Part shown: one piece after another, positions 1 to 13,579 of the stretch
How positions within the stretch are numbered: the first letter of the stretch is position 1
How the letters are laid out: every line of letters begins with the position of its first letter
Source: Felis catus
Lineage: Eukaryota
DNA: 64,000 bases
Reading direction: 5' to 3'
Assembly (NCBI RefSeq): GCF_018350175.1
Contig: NC_058368.1
Span: 215,452,001 to 215,516,000, forward strand
The notes under the pieces: model-generated
Seen by the model: only the letters and a program-made list of their open reading frames with translations
What the model was told of the DNA's origin: nothing
Database searches by the model: none
Position numbers and translations under genes: made by a program

Positions 1-450
1 ATTATAGTTGACACGTGATGTCACATTAGTACAGGTTACAACATAGTGATGTGACAACTTTATATCTTAGGTTAAACTCATCACAAATGTAGCTATTGTC
101 TGTCACCATACAACACTGTTACAATATCATTAACTATATTCCTTATCCTGCACCTTTCATTCCTGTAACTTCCATAAATTGAAGCCTGTGTCTCCCATTC
201 TTTTTCACCCCTTTTGCCTATCACCCAGTCCCTCTCCCCTCTAGTAACCACCAGTTCTTTGTATTTATGGGTCTGTTTTTGCTTTTTGTTCATTTGTTTT
301 GATTTTTAAATTCCACACATAAGTAAAATCACACATTTGTCTTCCTTTTAGTTCACTTAGCATAATACCCTTTAGGTCCACCCATGTTGTCACAAATGGC
401 AAGATCTCATTTTTTTTTATGGCTGAGTAACACTCCTCTGTGTGGGTGTG
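1..450 (-). mobile_element. L1 3' end/3'UTR (L1MA9/L1_Carn-like), runs off window start
   Basis: Minus strand reads like an L1 3' end (YSAIKKNEILPFVTTWVDLKGIMLSE-like translation, typical 3'UTR motifs). Confidence 0.85.
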
Positions 451-2329
451 AATGTACATGTATTTTAATAAGCAATGTATATTTTTCCAATATTTCATTA
501 GGAAAAATGCATCAGAGCATATATTTTCACTATATTCCATACCAACCGATGTACATATGTTTTTTTGTTTTTGTTTTTTTGCTTATGTTCCCCATGTTTC
601 ATTTTCTCACAAACCCGTGTTGCCACCCAGGCTCTGTTTCTTCTCTTTTTTTCCACACTGGATAGTGACTTTCCCTAAGCTCCTATAAGTTTCCTAAGAT
701 GATCTTGAAAAATTTCACATTATTTACCCATTCATTATTAAGAGTATATTAGAATTCATCTTTGCTATTTGAGCATGTCCTAGAGCTTAGGTAGTCTGCC
801 CAAATGGATAATCAAATATTTCTTTCTGGTGAATAACAGAAAATCCACATTAAAGTTTCTCTTTATGTAAATATGAGTTATATCTTATAAATAACATATT
901 TCAACCAGACAAAATAATTTGCAAGTTGAGAATAAAGAACTAAACATTTTAAAATAACATGACTGGATCTCTGAAAATATAGATGTCTGAGTTGTAAAAT
1001 ATGGGAAATAGATAGTTACACTATATATGATGGGAAATAGTATATATATTTTCTCGTTACTGATTGTATTTACTATCTTTTAGAGTTTACGTTGGTCTTG
1101 GGAGATGTCAGAATATGTCCAATAGTTCTGTTGGTAGTGTTCATGAATTTTTACTAGACATTGGGCTAGTTCATCATCACACTTGTTCAGAAATTCTAAA
1201 GGACAGCTGAACACACTGAGACTGGTAAAACCAGTATTTTCCCTTATTGACTTATCTGCATATTTTGAGGTGTTAGAGATAAGAATTGGTAGGTTTAACA
1301 AGAAACCCTCAGAAAACATCATAATAAATGGCAAAGACCTAAGTAAAGACATTTCTGGAGACAGAGTTTAGTGTTTCAAGGGAATGGATGGAGATGGGCA
1401 GATGAAAAGTAAGACTATAAAAGCTGACCCCATATAATAATTGAACTCTAGACTGAGAAATCAAGGCTAGTCAGTAAGTGGAATGTTGAGAACTTGTGAC
1501 ACATTTCATTTTGGAGGGTTTTGCTTTCTGGATTTTGAGAACATTTGTAATTTATACAGTTTTCAATTTTTCCAATACTACAGTATAACGCTTTGTTGAA
1601 ATTTTTCTTGTCCTAGAATATCTACAGTTATTAAACCTATCATGTTTGATGTGTAGGGATATATGAAAATGTCAGGGAATTAAAGGGAGAACTGGGAGAG
1701 TTGTGCTAGCAGAGAATAAACTGCATTCTTTCCAGGGAACTTTGTCCCAGGATTCTAAACATTGGCCCAGGATGAAACTGAGAAAATTGAGGAAAAAGCC
1801 AGGATGCTGAGGAGGAGGTTTTAATGGAGAACAAAGGAAAGGGGAAGAATTAACATAGTAGCAACAACAACAAAACATTTGTTTTGTTTTTCATCTGTTT
1901 TTTACTGTTGCTGATTCTTCTCATCATCTAATGTGGTCAAAGTTGCTGATACCATGTGTGTTTTGTTTTTTTAATCCTCGTTGATATATTGCTAGTTATC
2001 CAAGATCCTCAGATTTGAGGTTATATTTTATTTGTTCCTTTATTTTGTTTTTGTATTTAGAAACTGACACCATCATATTAAGAGATTCCAGGTATGATTT
2101 TTAATGACTCTAGCAGCCTAGCTTCCTAAATGTTATAGAGAAAGGTAGTTGTGTGATAATAACTAGATATGATTTTACTTCCACAAACGTGAATCCTAAC
2201 CTATCAACATGTTTTGATATAAATTTATAGATTTAGACATTAATGGGCCATCTTACATTTAGGAATACTTGGAATTCTTATGGGTAATAATAAGACGATA
2301 CGCTGTAAGACATTTCCTTTGAGATCTCT

Positions 2330-3100
2330 GCATCCACGGAGCATGTTAGTAATCCTGTTTTAAAGTTTTGTCTGCTAATTCTGTCCTGTTGTTTCTAGTC
2401 TGTTTCTAGTTACTGATTTTTTTCTTTAGTTATGTGTTACATTTCCTTGCTTTTCGTATGTCTAGCAAGTTTTGATTGGCTTTCAGGTAATTTATATGGG
2501 TGATTATGTTTTTTGTTTTTGTTTTTTGTTTTTAGTATAATGCCAAAGAGTTGTGGACTTCCTATGTGGTGAGCTATTAACTTATTAACAAACCAGGTTG
2601 ATTGTGTGAAAGGCTTGCTTCTAAGCCCTTTTGTTTTAAGTCTAGAGTGCTCTTTACATTTGAGATAATTTAGTCCCACTTCTAAGGTATGCTTATAGTT
2701 TCACCATAAGGCCCTCTCTATTTCCAAAGTCCCTCTGCTCTAGATACTGTGAACTCAATTTTTTATTTTGTTTGATATCTGGATTTAATTTCTTTCTTCC
2801 TGTAAATTGTCTTTCCTGGCTTCAGTGAACCCATTTCATACATTTTCATACAGATACTCAACTGAAAATTGAAGAAGACTTCTATTGAGACTTTAGAAAT
2901 GCATACCTTCCTCTATTTTGTTACCCTTCTTTGCAAGTTTTAGCAACTTTTCTTCTTCACGTTATTTCATTTTTGCTCAAAATTAACAAAATTATAGGGT
3001 TCTATGTTTCTTGTTAATTGATTTCTTTAGATGCCGGTTGCTTATTCAAACCACAGCGTGGCTAATTATCATACATTAAATATCTAGTTGTCTTTAGCAT
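2330..3100 (-). mobile_element. Old, degraded L1M 5'/ORF1-region fragment
   Basis: T-rich, resembles the L1 5' region at about 49700-50500; highly diverged, boundaries approximate. Confidence 0.4.
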
Positions 3101-3702
3101 ATTTTTATGGAGAAAAGCTGCCATTTTACTCATATTTTTAACATTTTATTTTCATATTATTTTCGTATCATTTTGCATAATGATCAAAGACTTTAAGTGC
3201 TTTTAAGAAATATTTTCTTAGTTCTTCATAATAAGTTACTGTTTTATGAGTTTTACAGAGTATTTTTCAATTTTAAGTGACATTTTTTAGATATGTCCTA
3301 ACGCTAGAGACACGTACATAACAATGAGAAGTATGATGATGATGATGAAAATTATAATGATGGTAAAAATATTAATAACAACATTTAAAAAATATTAACA
3401 CCTATTTTTTAAATCTGTTAGTTACAGATTTTGGAAAAACTTTCACATTTCAAGTTCTCATAAATCTCATGAATTGAAATTTTAGAAATGAAAAATGATT
3501 ATTTTTTCACTGGAATTTACACCCCCAATTTTGATATTCACATCAATTTTGTAATTTATGTACTGTGTAATTTGTATATTATTTAAATACATTTCTAATT
3601 CCCTCTCTTTTTACACTTATTGCTATATTTTTTATAATAACTTCTTCACTTCTGGAATTTATATTGGTAATTTTCTTGGATGGGCAGTATGTTTCTCTGA
3701 GA

Positions 3703-3961
3703 TTTTTTAATTTTTAAATTTCTTTTTTAATTAAAACAATTTTTTAACGTTTATTTTTTGAGAGAGAGAGAGAGCGAGTGAGCGAGCGTGCGCGCCAGTG
3801 GGGGGAGAGGCAAAAAGAGGGAAATACAGAATCTGTAGCAGGCTCCAGGCTCTGAGTTGTCAGCACAGAGCCCAGCGTGGGTTCTATCTAACCCATAAAC
3901 CTCAAGATCATGACCTGAGCCAAAGTAGGAGGCTTAACTGACTGAGCCAACAAGGTGCCCC
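3703..3961 (-). mobile_element. Can-SINE
   Basis: Reverse complement has the GGGGCACC head, tRNA-like A/B boxes, (CT)n, AATAAA and an A-rich tail. Confidence 0.93.
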
Positions 3962-3984
3962 TCTCTGGTAGTTTTTTAAAAGAT

Positions 3985-4232
3985 GTTTTAACTCTTATGT
4001 GGATCCTGAGAAACTTAATAGAAGACCATGGGTGAGGGGAAGGAAAAAAACAAGTTAGGGAGAGAGCCAAACCACAAGAGTCCCTTAAAAACTGAGAATA
4101 AACTGAGGGTTGATGGGGGATGGGAGGGTGGGGAGGGTGGGTGATGGGCATTGAGGAGGGCACCTGTTGGAATGAGCACTGGGTGTTGTATGGAAACCAA
4201 TTTGACAATAAATTTCATATTAAAAAATAAAT
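3985..4232 (+). mobile_element. 5'-truncated felid L1 3' end (L1_Fc-like)
   Basis: G-rich 3'UTR, ...GGAAACCAATTTGACAATAAATTTCAT plus A tail; closely similar to 61077-61232. Confidence 0.9.
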
Positions 4233-4264
4233 TTTACATTAATTATACATTTAAGAATACTCTT

Positions 4265-4460
4265 GAGGTGCCTGGATGGCTCAGTTGGTTAAGTGTCCGA
4301 ATTCGGCTCAGGTCATGATCTCATGCCATGAGTTTGAGCCCCGCATCAGGTTCTCTGCTGTCAGCCCTGCTTCAGATCTTCTGTCCCCCTCTCTCTCTGC
4401 CTCTACCCCGACTCATGCTCTTTCTCTTCCCTGTCTCAAAAATAAATAAACATTTAAAAA
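4265..4460 (+). mobile_element. Can-SINE
   Basis: GGTGCCTGGATGGCTCAGTTGG head, (CT)n, AATAAA, A tail. Confidence 0.93.
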
Positions 4461-7127
4461 ACCATATTTTTTAATTGCCTCCACCCATGAAGGGATGATG
4501 GATGGATGTAGCTTTCTTTTCCATCCCATTATTTCCCCTTATTCACAGTTGATGTCCATTTTCATGGAGAAGCACACTTAGGGAAATTCTAAGCATTGCT
4601 GTTGTCACTTTCTCCTTATTATTTACTGCTTTTTTTTTCAGTCCACTATTTTTAAAGGTGTTTAAATTAGAATGTACCTAGGTTTTAATAACTTTTTACC
4701 AAATTCTTCTCTACAACATAGGAAACACTTCAAATTATCAGACTTAATGTATTCTTTAATTATTGATGTGGGCCTCTATTAGCTCAGTTAATTCCAAGTG
4801 TAATTCTGATGATATTAAGAGGGCTCTCATATATTACTTCATTATCTGCAAATATCACTGTTGTTGACTGGCAATCCAACTTGAAAGAAGCATACGTTTT
4901 TAATAATATTTTGTTCACCTGACTTACAAAAAGAAACTGAACAGAAAATCCAGCATGGTCAGCATTTCCATCTCATCAGTTGGCTCTCGGTTACCCACGT
5001 GTATTCCTCATCAGAATGGGGCGCGTGAGGGTGACAGTCAATGGGAATGCACATCACACTGATGCAGAGAAACCAGTCTAAGTGTCCCACATTTTTTTGT
5101 ATATGATTCCAGTAACGTGCATGCATCGTATGGCCTGCATGCCCGCTCTCAGCAACCGATGGCCAGATGTGGTTCCACAGATCAGAAGTTTCACAACCAG
5201 CAAGGCAGATATGATATTCCATATTCATCTTCATTTTTTTTATTTCCAAACAAACATTCATGTGAAAACCAGCCCCAGATGTTGTTGTCCCAGGTAGTTC
5301 TAGGTCAAGCCAAACTTGATGTCATTGCTTTATTCTCAAATATCATCATCTTCAGATTCCAACTTCTGTTTTCCTCACTACGGTGACAAATTTTGTATAG
5401 TGTTGTCATCTCATGTAACTTTTGGTAGAGAATCCACCTTTACGTTTCTTGCTCTAATTCATGGCTGTAGTACCCCTTTAAATCCTGTTGGAAGCACACT
5501 TTTATTTAAAATTAATAATTGTCCCATTTCCTTGTAAGCTTTTATTTTAAGGGCTTGTTCTCATTCACCCAAGTGATCACCCTTTTTAACTTCAGTATTT
5601 TTAAATTATATGCTTATCTAGTTCCCCAGTCATCTTTATAATATATATTTATTTTTTTCCTTTGTGGAAATTGACATAAAATATTTCTTGACACTATCAG
5701 ATAATCTGTAAGGAATAGCAGAGATATTTACATTAACTATAGTTTGATTTCATTAGTTCATAGATTTATATCCCTGGGAGAAATATATGGAGAAGTAAAT
5801 CTTAAGGCAAGTGTAAAGTCTTTCATAAAATTTATCTAACTTAAGAAAAAAATTATACCTATCTGGAACTAACTGCTAAAAAATCTAATTACTAAATTAA
5901 CGTGAACAGACTTTTTTTTTTCTTTTGATTGGTGGTTATATTAACAAGGGTTACAAAGGGATGGACAGGTCTTCTATTTGCCTATTTCAGCAATCCATAC
6001 CAAGTGCAAGTGATGAGAATAAGAAAATATGATGTTTTATCCATCACCAGCCTCTCCAAAGTGGTATTGAAATTCAAATGAGTATACTCCTTAGCCTGAT
6101 TGTTTCCAAACTTTTCCAGTGCATATTTTTATATGTCATCATATAACAAATGATATCATATAGCATCATCATTATCAAAATTAAACTATCATTTTATATA
6201 TTTTTATTTGTGCAATTAACCACTTAATAGTTTCTGATGCTAAATAATAAGTAAATAAATAATAAACAGTCAAATAATTTAGTAACAAAAAAGGAGTTAG
6301 AGTAAATCAAATAATTACACATTATAATCAAATAACCATAAATAATTTGATAATAAAAATATAATAATGATGAAATAGTTATTATTTCATCGATTTCCAT
6401 TTATAAGAGAAGAAATTAAAGAAGGATATTATATATACATTTCTAAGTTTTTATGCTCATAGTTATTTAATATGAAATTGAATCTAGACTTTCTGAATTT
6501 ATGATCCACTCTCAATAGAAATTTGCCCCACTTAGAATATCTTCTGTTTGTCATATCACTAGAAATGTGTGTTAATTTATCAGAACACTTATAAAAATTA
6601 CATAAAACTTGGAAGACCCAAAATATATTTCTTCATTTGTTATTAAAGTGTCGAGTTTTCTAGGATATGATACATAAAGCTAAAAACTATTTTTCTGTGA
6701 TTTAAAAAAACGTCAAGCTCATCAAACATATTTACTTGTGCCTTTAAGACAATGAATCAACTTTAATATCATTATATTGACTTTAAAATCTACAGATTTT
6801 CTTTGCGTAAATTTTATCTTTTGTAAATTATAATACAGCAGCCCAATATTATCAAAACATATTTAATTAAATTTAACTAAACTTCAGTGCATTTTTTAAA
6901 TTCTAAAGATTTTTGTAATTTTTGTTAGTTTCATATTTTTAACAATACACTAAATGTATTATGTATTTTAAATGAAATTTTTGATACAATGATGAATAAA
7001 AGCATCTTCTCTAGGAGATTTCTGTATAATTGAAAAATCAGGCCTAAAAACGGATAAATAATAAAACAGTGTGGTGTTTGCCATGTGGAATAATTTTGAA
7101 AGGTGCAACAGTAGTATTAAGAGGCTA

Positions 7128-7345
7128 GGGGCGCCTGAGTGGCTCAGTCAGTTGAGTCAGCTCAGGCCATTCATGATCTTGCGGTTTGTGGATTCAAACG
7201 CTGTGTCAGGCTCGGTGCTGAGAGCTCAGAGGCTATAGCTTCAGATTCTGTCTCCCTTTCTCTCTGCCCCTTCCCCATGCACTCTCTGTCTCTGTCTCTT
7301 TCTCTTTCCCCAAAATAAATAAACCTTAAAAAAAAGAAAAAGGAA
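7128..7345 (+). mobile_element. Can-SINE
   Basis: GGGGCGCCTG head, CT-rich body, A tail; short TSD GAGGCTA. Confidence 0.92.
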
Positions 7346-7637
7346 AGGAGGCTAATTATTGGTATTAGATAAAATCCTAAACTTTGAGGTGAAGATAATA
7401 TCTAAAGGAAATTGAGAACATGACTAGAGTTAAAATGGGGATAACAATGCAGAATTAATTATCTAGGAGGAAATACATTTATATAAGAGAAGGGAATGTT
7501 TGTGTCCATAAGTTAGACACATGGTATAGGAACATGAGAATTAATATCACAGGAAGATTATTAATTCTGTAAACCAAAATCATTAAAGTAAGAGCAAACA
7601 CTTTGACATGTTTTGCAGTTAAGAATATCACGCTCTA

Positions 7638-7864
7638 GGGGCGCCTGGGTGGCGCAGTCGGTTGAGCGTCCGACTTCAGCCAGGTCACGATCTCGCGGCC
7701 CGTGAGTTCGAGCCCCACGTCGGGCTCTGGGCTGAGGGCTCAGAGCCTGGAGCCTGTTTCCGATTCTGTGTCTCCCTCTCTCTCTGCCCCTCCCCCGTTC
7801 ATGCTCTGTCTCTCTCTGTCCCAAAAATAAATAAACATTGAAAAAAAAAATTAAAAAAAAAAAA
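7638..7864 (+). mobile_element. Young feline Can-SINE (SINEC_Fc-like)
   Basis: CpG-rich intact copy with long poly(A); perfect 17-bp TSD AAGAATATCACGCTCTA at 7621-7637 and 7865-7881. Confidence 0.97.
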
Positions 7865-10099
7865 AAGAATATCACGCTCTATTAATATTTCAGGAAAAAG
7901 GGAAGAAAAACAAAACATTATCACACATTTAAACAAACATTATTCTGATTTCCATTCCTGGGGATGAAGGTAACAGATTCATAATAAAAGCAACTTAGAA
8001 CCCAGAACGGCTTTTTTTTCAACTGTATTTATTCTTTAAGGAATGCGTGAAAACAAGTGTGGATTAAAAAAAAAAAGAAGACTAAATAAATATAAAAACC
8101 TTATGGAAGTCTGTTGTCTTTGCATCTGATTGTGGACACATTGAAGGAAACACTGGAAAAGATAAGAATAGTGATTTCAAAAAAAGTGAAAGATTCCATT
8201 GAAGAACTTAATTCTTGGAAATTATGAAAGATAGGAAATACAAAGGAGATATATTTTTATCTGAGAGAATGACAAGAGTTAAAAACAAGAACCTAGCGTT
8301 GGTTCAGACTCCTCCAAGCATTTTCGTTGAGAACTTAAATTTGTACAATATTTCTAGAACACATACCCTTTCTTTCTTATATTTTTGAAAATTTGCTTTG
8401 AATACATTGTCTCACATATATGTTTGTATGTTCAACATTAAACAATGTATAACGGATACAAAATAGGTTACTAATAGGAATTATAGTAAATTAAAATTTA
8501 CTAAAATCTCATACTAACAGGATTTCACATAATTTTTGTTCTTTTCTATATATCTTTTCCTTATTTTCAACATTTTAATTCACAAATGCAATATGCATCA
8601 TTTACTTCTATTTAAAACTTAAATTCATCTTTTCTTTCAAAGATGCACAAGGGGGGAAAATGTTGATTTCACATGAAAGACTGAAAAGATCTGCAGACAA
8701 CCCTCTCACTAATATTTCAACTAAGTATTATCTACACCCTTTCTATGATGGAGTCCTTCTGTAATACCTGTTAATATCAGAAATGATAATCGTCTGAGAA
8801 ATGCATTTTATAAGTACTGAACTATATCATAAACCTTATGTTAATATTTTTAAAAATAGAAGCTAAGGATCTGATAGGAATTCTTCATTACAAACAAAAT
8901 AATATAACAAGGTAGCAAAGGGAGAAGTCACTTTTTCTTTAGTAAACAAATCGTAACCTGGTCAAATACATAAGCGTATATGAGGAGATGCCTGATTCTT
9001 CAAAGTAAATATGTAGATTGCAAGTTGGTTGCACTAGGGCACAATTGCCGTGTTCAGTCCATCCGAGGACTAGTGAAGCATAAGAGTAGTAGCAGTGTGC
9101 ACGTCCATAGTTGTCATTTTTAGTGCTGCAAGGGAATTTCCATGTGTGACACTCTGTCAAGGTTGGAAGAAATATCACATATATCAGAAAATATTAATTA
9201 CAGGTTATACATAATTGGCAGTCAAGGAGTTGTTAAAGCTAGATTGGATTCATATCATAGACCATAAAGTCAGATAAAGAAAGTTCATGGTATAATTTAT
9301 TTATTGGAGTTTATCAATATATTTTACATTTTATTAAATATTTTTATTGAAAATGTAATAAGGAGAACAATGAAAAAAACCTGAAAAGTAGCCACCTCTG
9401 TCATTAAAGACCCATTCATAAACCTCAACCTGAGTCATGGTGATTACTTTCTTGAGGGTAGGCAACTAAAACAAAAATGATTCAAACACTTTATAGATAA
9501 TATAGATTTGTTCCCATAACAAAATATATAAGAATGAATGCTGAGTTCATAATCGTAAGTCTTCACAATATTTAAGTATTGAATGATCACTATAATTATT
9601 AAACATTTTTGCATACCTTAAAAATAGGATTAGACAAATACAGAGCAAAAATATGGTTGTGGCCAATTTTTCATTAACTGCATTTGTTAATCTATTTTCT
9701 AGATTTTCCACAATAGATGTATATTACATTGATAATTATGAAAAAATAGATGTCATAGTTAAAAATATTTTCCTCAAAAGTTATCTTAAAATGTGTTAGA
9801 ACTTAAAATTCTTATGGCACACTGATGCCATGCCCATCAAAATAATTCTCATTTTTCTAAACCTTCTCAAATATCTGTATTCTGTGCCAAGACATTTGCC
9901 CTGTAGTGCCTCTGTTTTATGGAACCAAGTCTTGCAAAATATCAGTACCTGTGTCTCTTAACATTATCATAATGCTTATATAAGTAATAATCATCCGCTT
10001 AAAATTAGTGAATATGAGAATCAAAGTGTCCTTCAAATGATTGCCAATCACATCAATTCCATGCAGTATTCTGTGGTGCACACATATTATGAGGTGCTC

Positions 10100-10556
10100 T
10101 ATTTGTTAATTTAATGTGTCAACTTGCCTGCCCTAGGGGATGACCAGATAGCTGGTAAAACATTATTTCTGGGTATGTCTTCCAGGGAGTCTTCATAAGT
10201 AATTAACATTTGAATCAGTAGACTCAGTAAGGAAAATCCTTCTCACAAATATGGTGGTGGGTACTAGATAACATCCAATCCACTCTGAAGCCCAAATAGA
10301 ACAAAAATGCAGAGGATGGGCAGTCTCACTATATCAAAAGCTGGGGCATACATTCTCCTGCCCTTGAACACAGAGTTCCTGGTTCTTGGGCCTTTGGACT
10401 AACTGAATTACAGCATAGCTTTTCTTGGGTCTCCATATTTTTAGATGGTACATCATCATCTCTCTCAATCTCTCAAATTGCATGAGCCAATTCTCATAAT
10501 AAGTCTCCTCTTATATCTATATATCATATTAGCCTGTTTTTCTGGAGCCTAATACA
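10100..10556 (+). mobile_element. ERVL solo LTR, MLT2-like
   Basis: Starts GTTAATTTAATGTGTCAACTTG..CCAGATAGCTGGTAAAACATTATTTCTGGGT and ends CTGGAG..CCTAATACA, which are MLT2-family hallmarks. Confidence 0.85.
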
Positions 10557-11943
10557 GATGTCAGCCACAAGCGTCATCCTTTCTAAAAAAAAATGCAGTC
10601 TTAATATATGTGCATATTTTGTCTATTTTCTGAGAACTGCACAAGCATTGGAACAAATGAATTGTATTTGTTAGTATTTAGTGCAAAAATCAAATACGTA
10701 AAATATATTTTAAGAAAGTTTTAGTTAGGAATCACTGCTCTAAAGGAGGAAATACCTAAATGAAAGTGCTAAAATATTTTGAATTACTAAAATCAGAATA
10801 TCGTTCTAGATTTCTCATTAAGTCTGTGTTGAAAAATAATGCAAAAACATTTAAGCAAACATCGTAAATTAAAATATTTGATTTCACAGTCTATAACTGC
10901 TGTATATATTTTTTGAAACTACTATTTACGTATACTTTATGAATCTGATTTTATGTAACATACTGAGGAGGAAGAGGTATTGAATCAAAATGCTTTAAGA
11001 AGCCTAGAACTATGTATATATTCAAAATGTTTATTGAGGAAAGTAACTGAAGCTGTATTATACTATTATAAAATGTTTTGAATGCTTTTCTCAAGAGATT
11101 CTTACTGAGCTGAAGAGAATAATAATTGAATTATAATTGCATGCCCATACAAGTCAAGATACATTTACTCTTTGTGTAAATATTAGAATAGAACATTAAG
11201 TTTTTTCTTTAATTTTACAGTAAGATTGTAGTGCTATAAATAGAAAACTGGCTACCAGATACACCTTATAAAGAATGGAAACAAATTTGCAATTATGAAG
11301 GATAGATGAGTAGTTTACATACATTACATTACATACATTATACAAAATGTAACTAGAAAGCAAAAATAAAGCTACAAATTCATTTCTACCAGATTTTTTT
11401 AATCTAGATTACATTGTTCATTTCCCATTCATTAGTTTTATTTTATTTTTATTTTTTTGCAAAATTCAAAACTGTTCACACTAATATCTAGGAATCTTTT
11501 TTTTGTGTGTGTGCATTTGCTACTGGTTTCTCTACCCTTTACTGATTACAGTGTTAATTATTAATGCTATTGCTATTATCAAAATTTTAAAGATAAAGTT
11601 GGTAGTATTTTGGTTAGTCATAATCAATGTTTAAAAAGTTTATATATTTTCATATTGTTTTCATAAAATATATACTACATTACTAATAAAGTGAAGAACT
11701 TATTTCTCCCCATCTCATTCATTTTTTAACTTCTGTAGGTGACCATTTATATTTTGCACTTGAATTCTTTTCATCTCTTATTGGAACTTTATCTACCGTC
11801 TACATTATCTGTCATCTCATCTTTTAAGTGGGTCATCCATGTCTAGGTCTATGTCTATCTAACAAATTTTTAAATTTGTTATCTGATGTTTATCTTTTTC
11901 ATATTGATATGACTTTAAAATAATTGCTGGATGGCAATTTTTT

Positions 11944-12203
11944 CTTTTTTTAAAAAAAATTAATGTTTATTCATTTTTGAGAGAGAGAAACCTAGAGAGA
12001 GGGAGAAGGAGAGAGAGGGAGAGAGCACGAGAGCAAGCACGAGCTGGGGAGGGTCAGATTGAGAGGGAGACACAGAATCCGAAGCAGACACAGGCTCTGA
12101 GCTGTCAGCACAGAGCCCAACACAGGACTCGAACCCACAAACTGTGAGATCATGACTTGAGCTGAAGTCAGACGCCCAACCACCTGAGCCATCCAGGCAC
12201 CCC
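11944..12203 (-). mobile_element. Can-SINE
   Basis: Reverse-complement SINE; 14-bp TSD GGATGGCAATTTTT at 11929-11942 and 12207-12220. Confidence 0.95.
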
Positions 12204-12582
12204 AAAGGATGGCAATTTTTCCATTTCATATTTTAAGATCTCTTCTACTGTATGTTTTAAACACCTACAATATCTTTTATCATTAAAAAAATCATTCTGT
12301 TTAATTTGGAAAGTCTACTTTCTATATGCTTTTGTTATTGAATGTCGTTTAGTTTATCCTTACATTAGACAAGAGTTTAATATTCTATATTATTTCTGAT
12401 TTTCTTTTTATGTTTAGGGTTTTAATTAACCTATTGTGTTTGTGTGTGTGTATTGTGAGTCCAGTTATATATTTTTTTTACAATAAAAGCCAATATATAA
12501 AATGTAATGAATAATATCCAATTTCCCCAGTATGTCTGTTGGCATAAGTATGAGCAAATTGCATATATGTTTCAACCTGTTT

Positions 12583-12763
12583 GGGGGCCCCTGGGTGGCT
12601 CAGTCAGTTGAGCATCCAAATCTTCATTTCAGCTCAGGTCATGATCTTGTCATTCGTGCTGTCAGTACAGAGCATGCTTGGGGTTCTGTCTCCCTCTCTC
12701 TCTGCCCCTTCCCTGCTCTCTCGCTCTCTCTCTCAAAATAAATGAATAAACATTTAAACAAAA
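12583..12763 (+). mobile_element. Can-SINE with internal deletion
   Basis: SINE head and CT/A tail present; part of the body is missing. Confidence 0.9.
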
Positions 12764-12819
12764 ATACATACATACATACATATATAAATAAATAATCTTT
12801 TTGGCTCCCTTTATTCTTT

Positions 12820-13375
12820 TTTGATGATTATTTCTGTTTTTTACTATTCATTCTTCTAGATTACCATACTTTAAACGTATTGGCATAAGATAAGGTATGA
12901 GTCTGTCTTAATTCCTTCTTTTAGAATTATCTTGACTATTCAGGAATCCTAACAATTTATTATAAAATTTAAAATTACTAATTCAATACTTACATTTTTA
13001 TTAAACTTTACTAAACTTGTGCTAAATTTATAAATGATTTTGGGAGAAACTGGCATCTAAATAATTTGAATCGTTCAAGTCGTACACATTGTATATCTTT
13101 CCCTTGTTTTTCCTCTGTGCATAAAAATCTTACGCCCATTTTATTAGATATATTTCTAAGCGTCATTTGTCTTGCTGCCATTTTGAATGTGATCTTTCAT
13201 TATTATTAAATGTTCTAATTTTAATCACCCACAAGTAGAAACGTTATGGATTTTGTAATATTTTCCTGACTCTGGCAAAACTTCTGGCATAAACTCATTT
13301 ATTAATTCTAAAATTTTGTCTTGAGGTCCTCTTGGATTTCCTATGGTGACAATTTCATCATCTGTAAATCACTGC
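12820..13375 (-). mobile_element. Old L1M ORF2 fragment
   Basis: Degenerate antisense L1 ORF2 (RT-region) motifs. Confidence 0.6.
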
Positions 13376-13377
13376 AA

Positions 13378-13579
13378 CTTTTTTTTAATTGAACTATAGT
13401 TGGCAAACAATATTATATTCGTTTGAGATGTATAACATGGTGATTTGATGATGGTGTACATTGTGAAGTGCTCACCGTGATAAATGTCATCACCATCTGT
13501 CACCATCAAGGATTCTACAATACTATTGACTATATTCCCTCTACTGGTATAAAATAAGTCACAGGGATGAAAAGTACAG
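13378..13579 (-). mobile_element. Short L1 3' end with a 39-bp 5' inversion
   Basis: 13378-13540 is antisense L1 3'UTR; 13541-13579 is the adjacent upstream L1 3'UTR segment in the opposite orientation. Confidence 0.8.

Noticed and set aside
5240..5300. Endogenous circovirus Rep motif (WDNNIWGWFSHE resembling DDFYGWLP)
   Set aside because: The similarity is too weak and no other Rep motifs (Walker A, HLQG, YCSK) are nearby.
7638..7720. tRNA gene
   Set aside because: The tRNA-like A/B boxes are the head of a Can-SINE; there is no cloverleaf acceptor stem or 3' end. The same applies to the other SINEs.
8643..8764. + strand exon candidate after TTTTCTTTCAAAG
   Set aside because: No convincing donor before the stop codon and no recognisable peptide.
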